Shown: positions 63,525-64,000 of the stretch, one piece after another
How positions within the stretch are numbered: the stretch's first letter is position 1
Layout: each line of letters starts with the position of its first letter
The notes under the pieces: generated by a model
What the model was told of the DNA's origin: nothing
What the model saw: the letters and a program-made list of their open reading frames with translations, nothing else
The model's database searches: none
DNA from: Gemmatimonadota bacterium
Lineage (GTDB): Bacteria > Gemmatimonadota > Gemmatimonadetes > Longimicrobiales > Gaopeijiaceae
Direction: 5' to 3'
DNA: 64,000 bases
NCBI GenBank assembly: GCA_039589315.1
Contig: JBDHHQ010000017.1
Location: 55,618-119,617 of the forward strand
Position numbers and translations under genes: made by a program

Positions 63525-64000
63525 TTGAGCGTGGGCGGGGCCCAGTGGCTAGCCCTGCCGGCGGAGGCGCTCGGCACTGCTTCGCTCGTCGCTTTGGCGA
63601 GCCCGCTTGGGCTGGTTCTAGCGCTTTCCGTCATCCTGGTCTGGCGTGCTCTGAAGCCCCTCGATGACCTGAGCCTCCTGGTGCAGCAGGCCGCCGCCCC
63701 TGAGCAAACCGCCAGCGCTGATAGCAGATCGACCACCCCACGTGGGCAGCCCTGAGGGCTCGTTCGGTCTCTTCGCGGACCGCCCGACGATGACCAGGAG
63801 TCAGTCGGGGCTCTGCGACCACATGCTGGATGGGATTCTCAGGGGCCTCCCCCATCATCGGCTTCAACGAGCTAGCCCTGGAGCGCGAGGGCCTGAACGA
63901 AGAAACACGCTCCGACATACAGACCAGTATCGAGATCGCCCGGCGCGCTTCGCTGCTGACCAGGCAACTGCTGGCCTTCAGCCGACGACAGGGAGTGAAG
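63525..64000 (+). pseudogene. Fragments of a degraded sensor histidine kinase; runs off the window
   Basis: A TM/HAMP-like piece (LALSVILVWRALKPLDDLS) ends at a stop at 63755. From 63854 a HisKA C-terminal piece reads IIGFNELAL...ARRASLLTRQLLAFSRRQ, with no H-box and an in-frame stop upstream at 63791. Confidence 0.5.

Overview
High-GC, gene-dense bacterial chromosome segment. The gene content (TolB-like/TPR protein, VPS10-repeat hydrolase, M14/M28/M3 peptidases, PadR plus duplicated orphan permease, many exported hydrolases) suggests a Gemmatimonadota- or Acidobacteriota-like genome; this is inference, as no marker gene is present. I found no rRNA, tRNA, CRISPR array, integrase or transposase. 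Highlights: (1) An anaerobic Ni,Fe carbon monoxide dehydrogenase operon, cooF-cooS-cooC-FAD/NAD oxidoreductase (5559-10250). Its CooS has a Desulfovibrio-type CxxC D-cluster motif and, in this assembly, a short frameshifting deletion. It converges on an uncharacterised Fe-S/Cys-rich gene pair. (2) A candidate defence or conflict locus at 48403-56960. A leaderless subtilase plus an Avs1a-like MBL-fold hydrolase converge on a three-gene operon encoding a 928-aa TIR-membrane-repeat-TonB_C fusion, a small outer-membrane beta-barrel and an Ig-like lipoprotein. (3) An unknown alpha-solenoid plus lipoprotein pair, a probable pseudo-amidase, a 23-bp tandem hairpin repeat and a partly decaying signalling cluster at the right end. 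All family calls come from motif recognition by eye; no searches were run.
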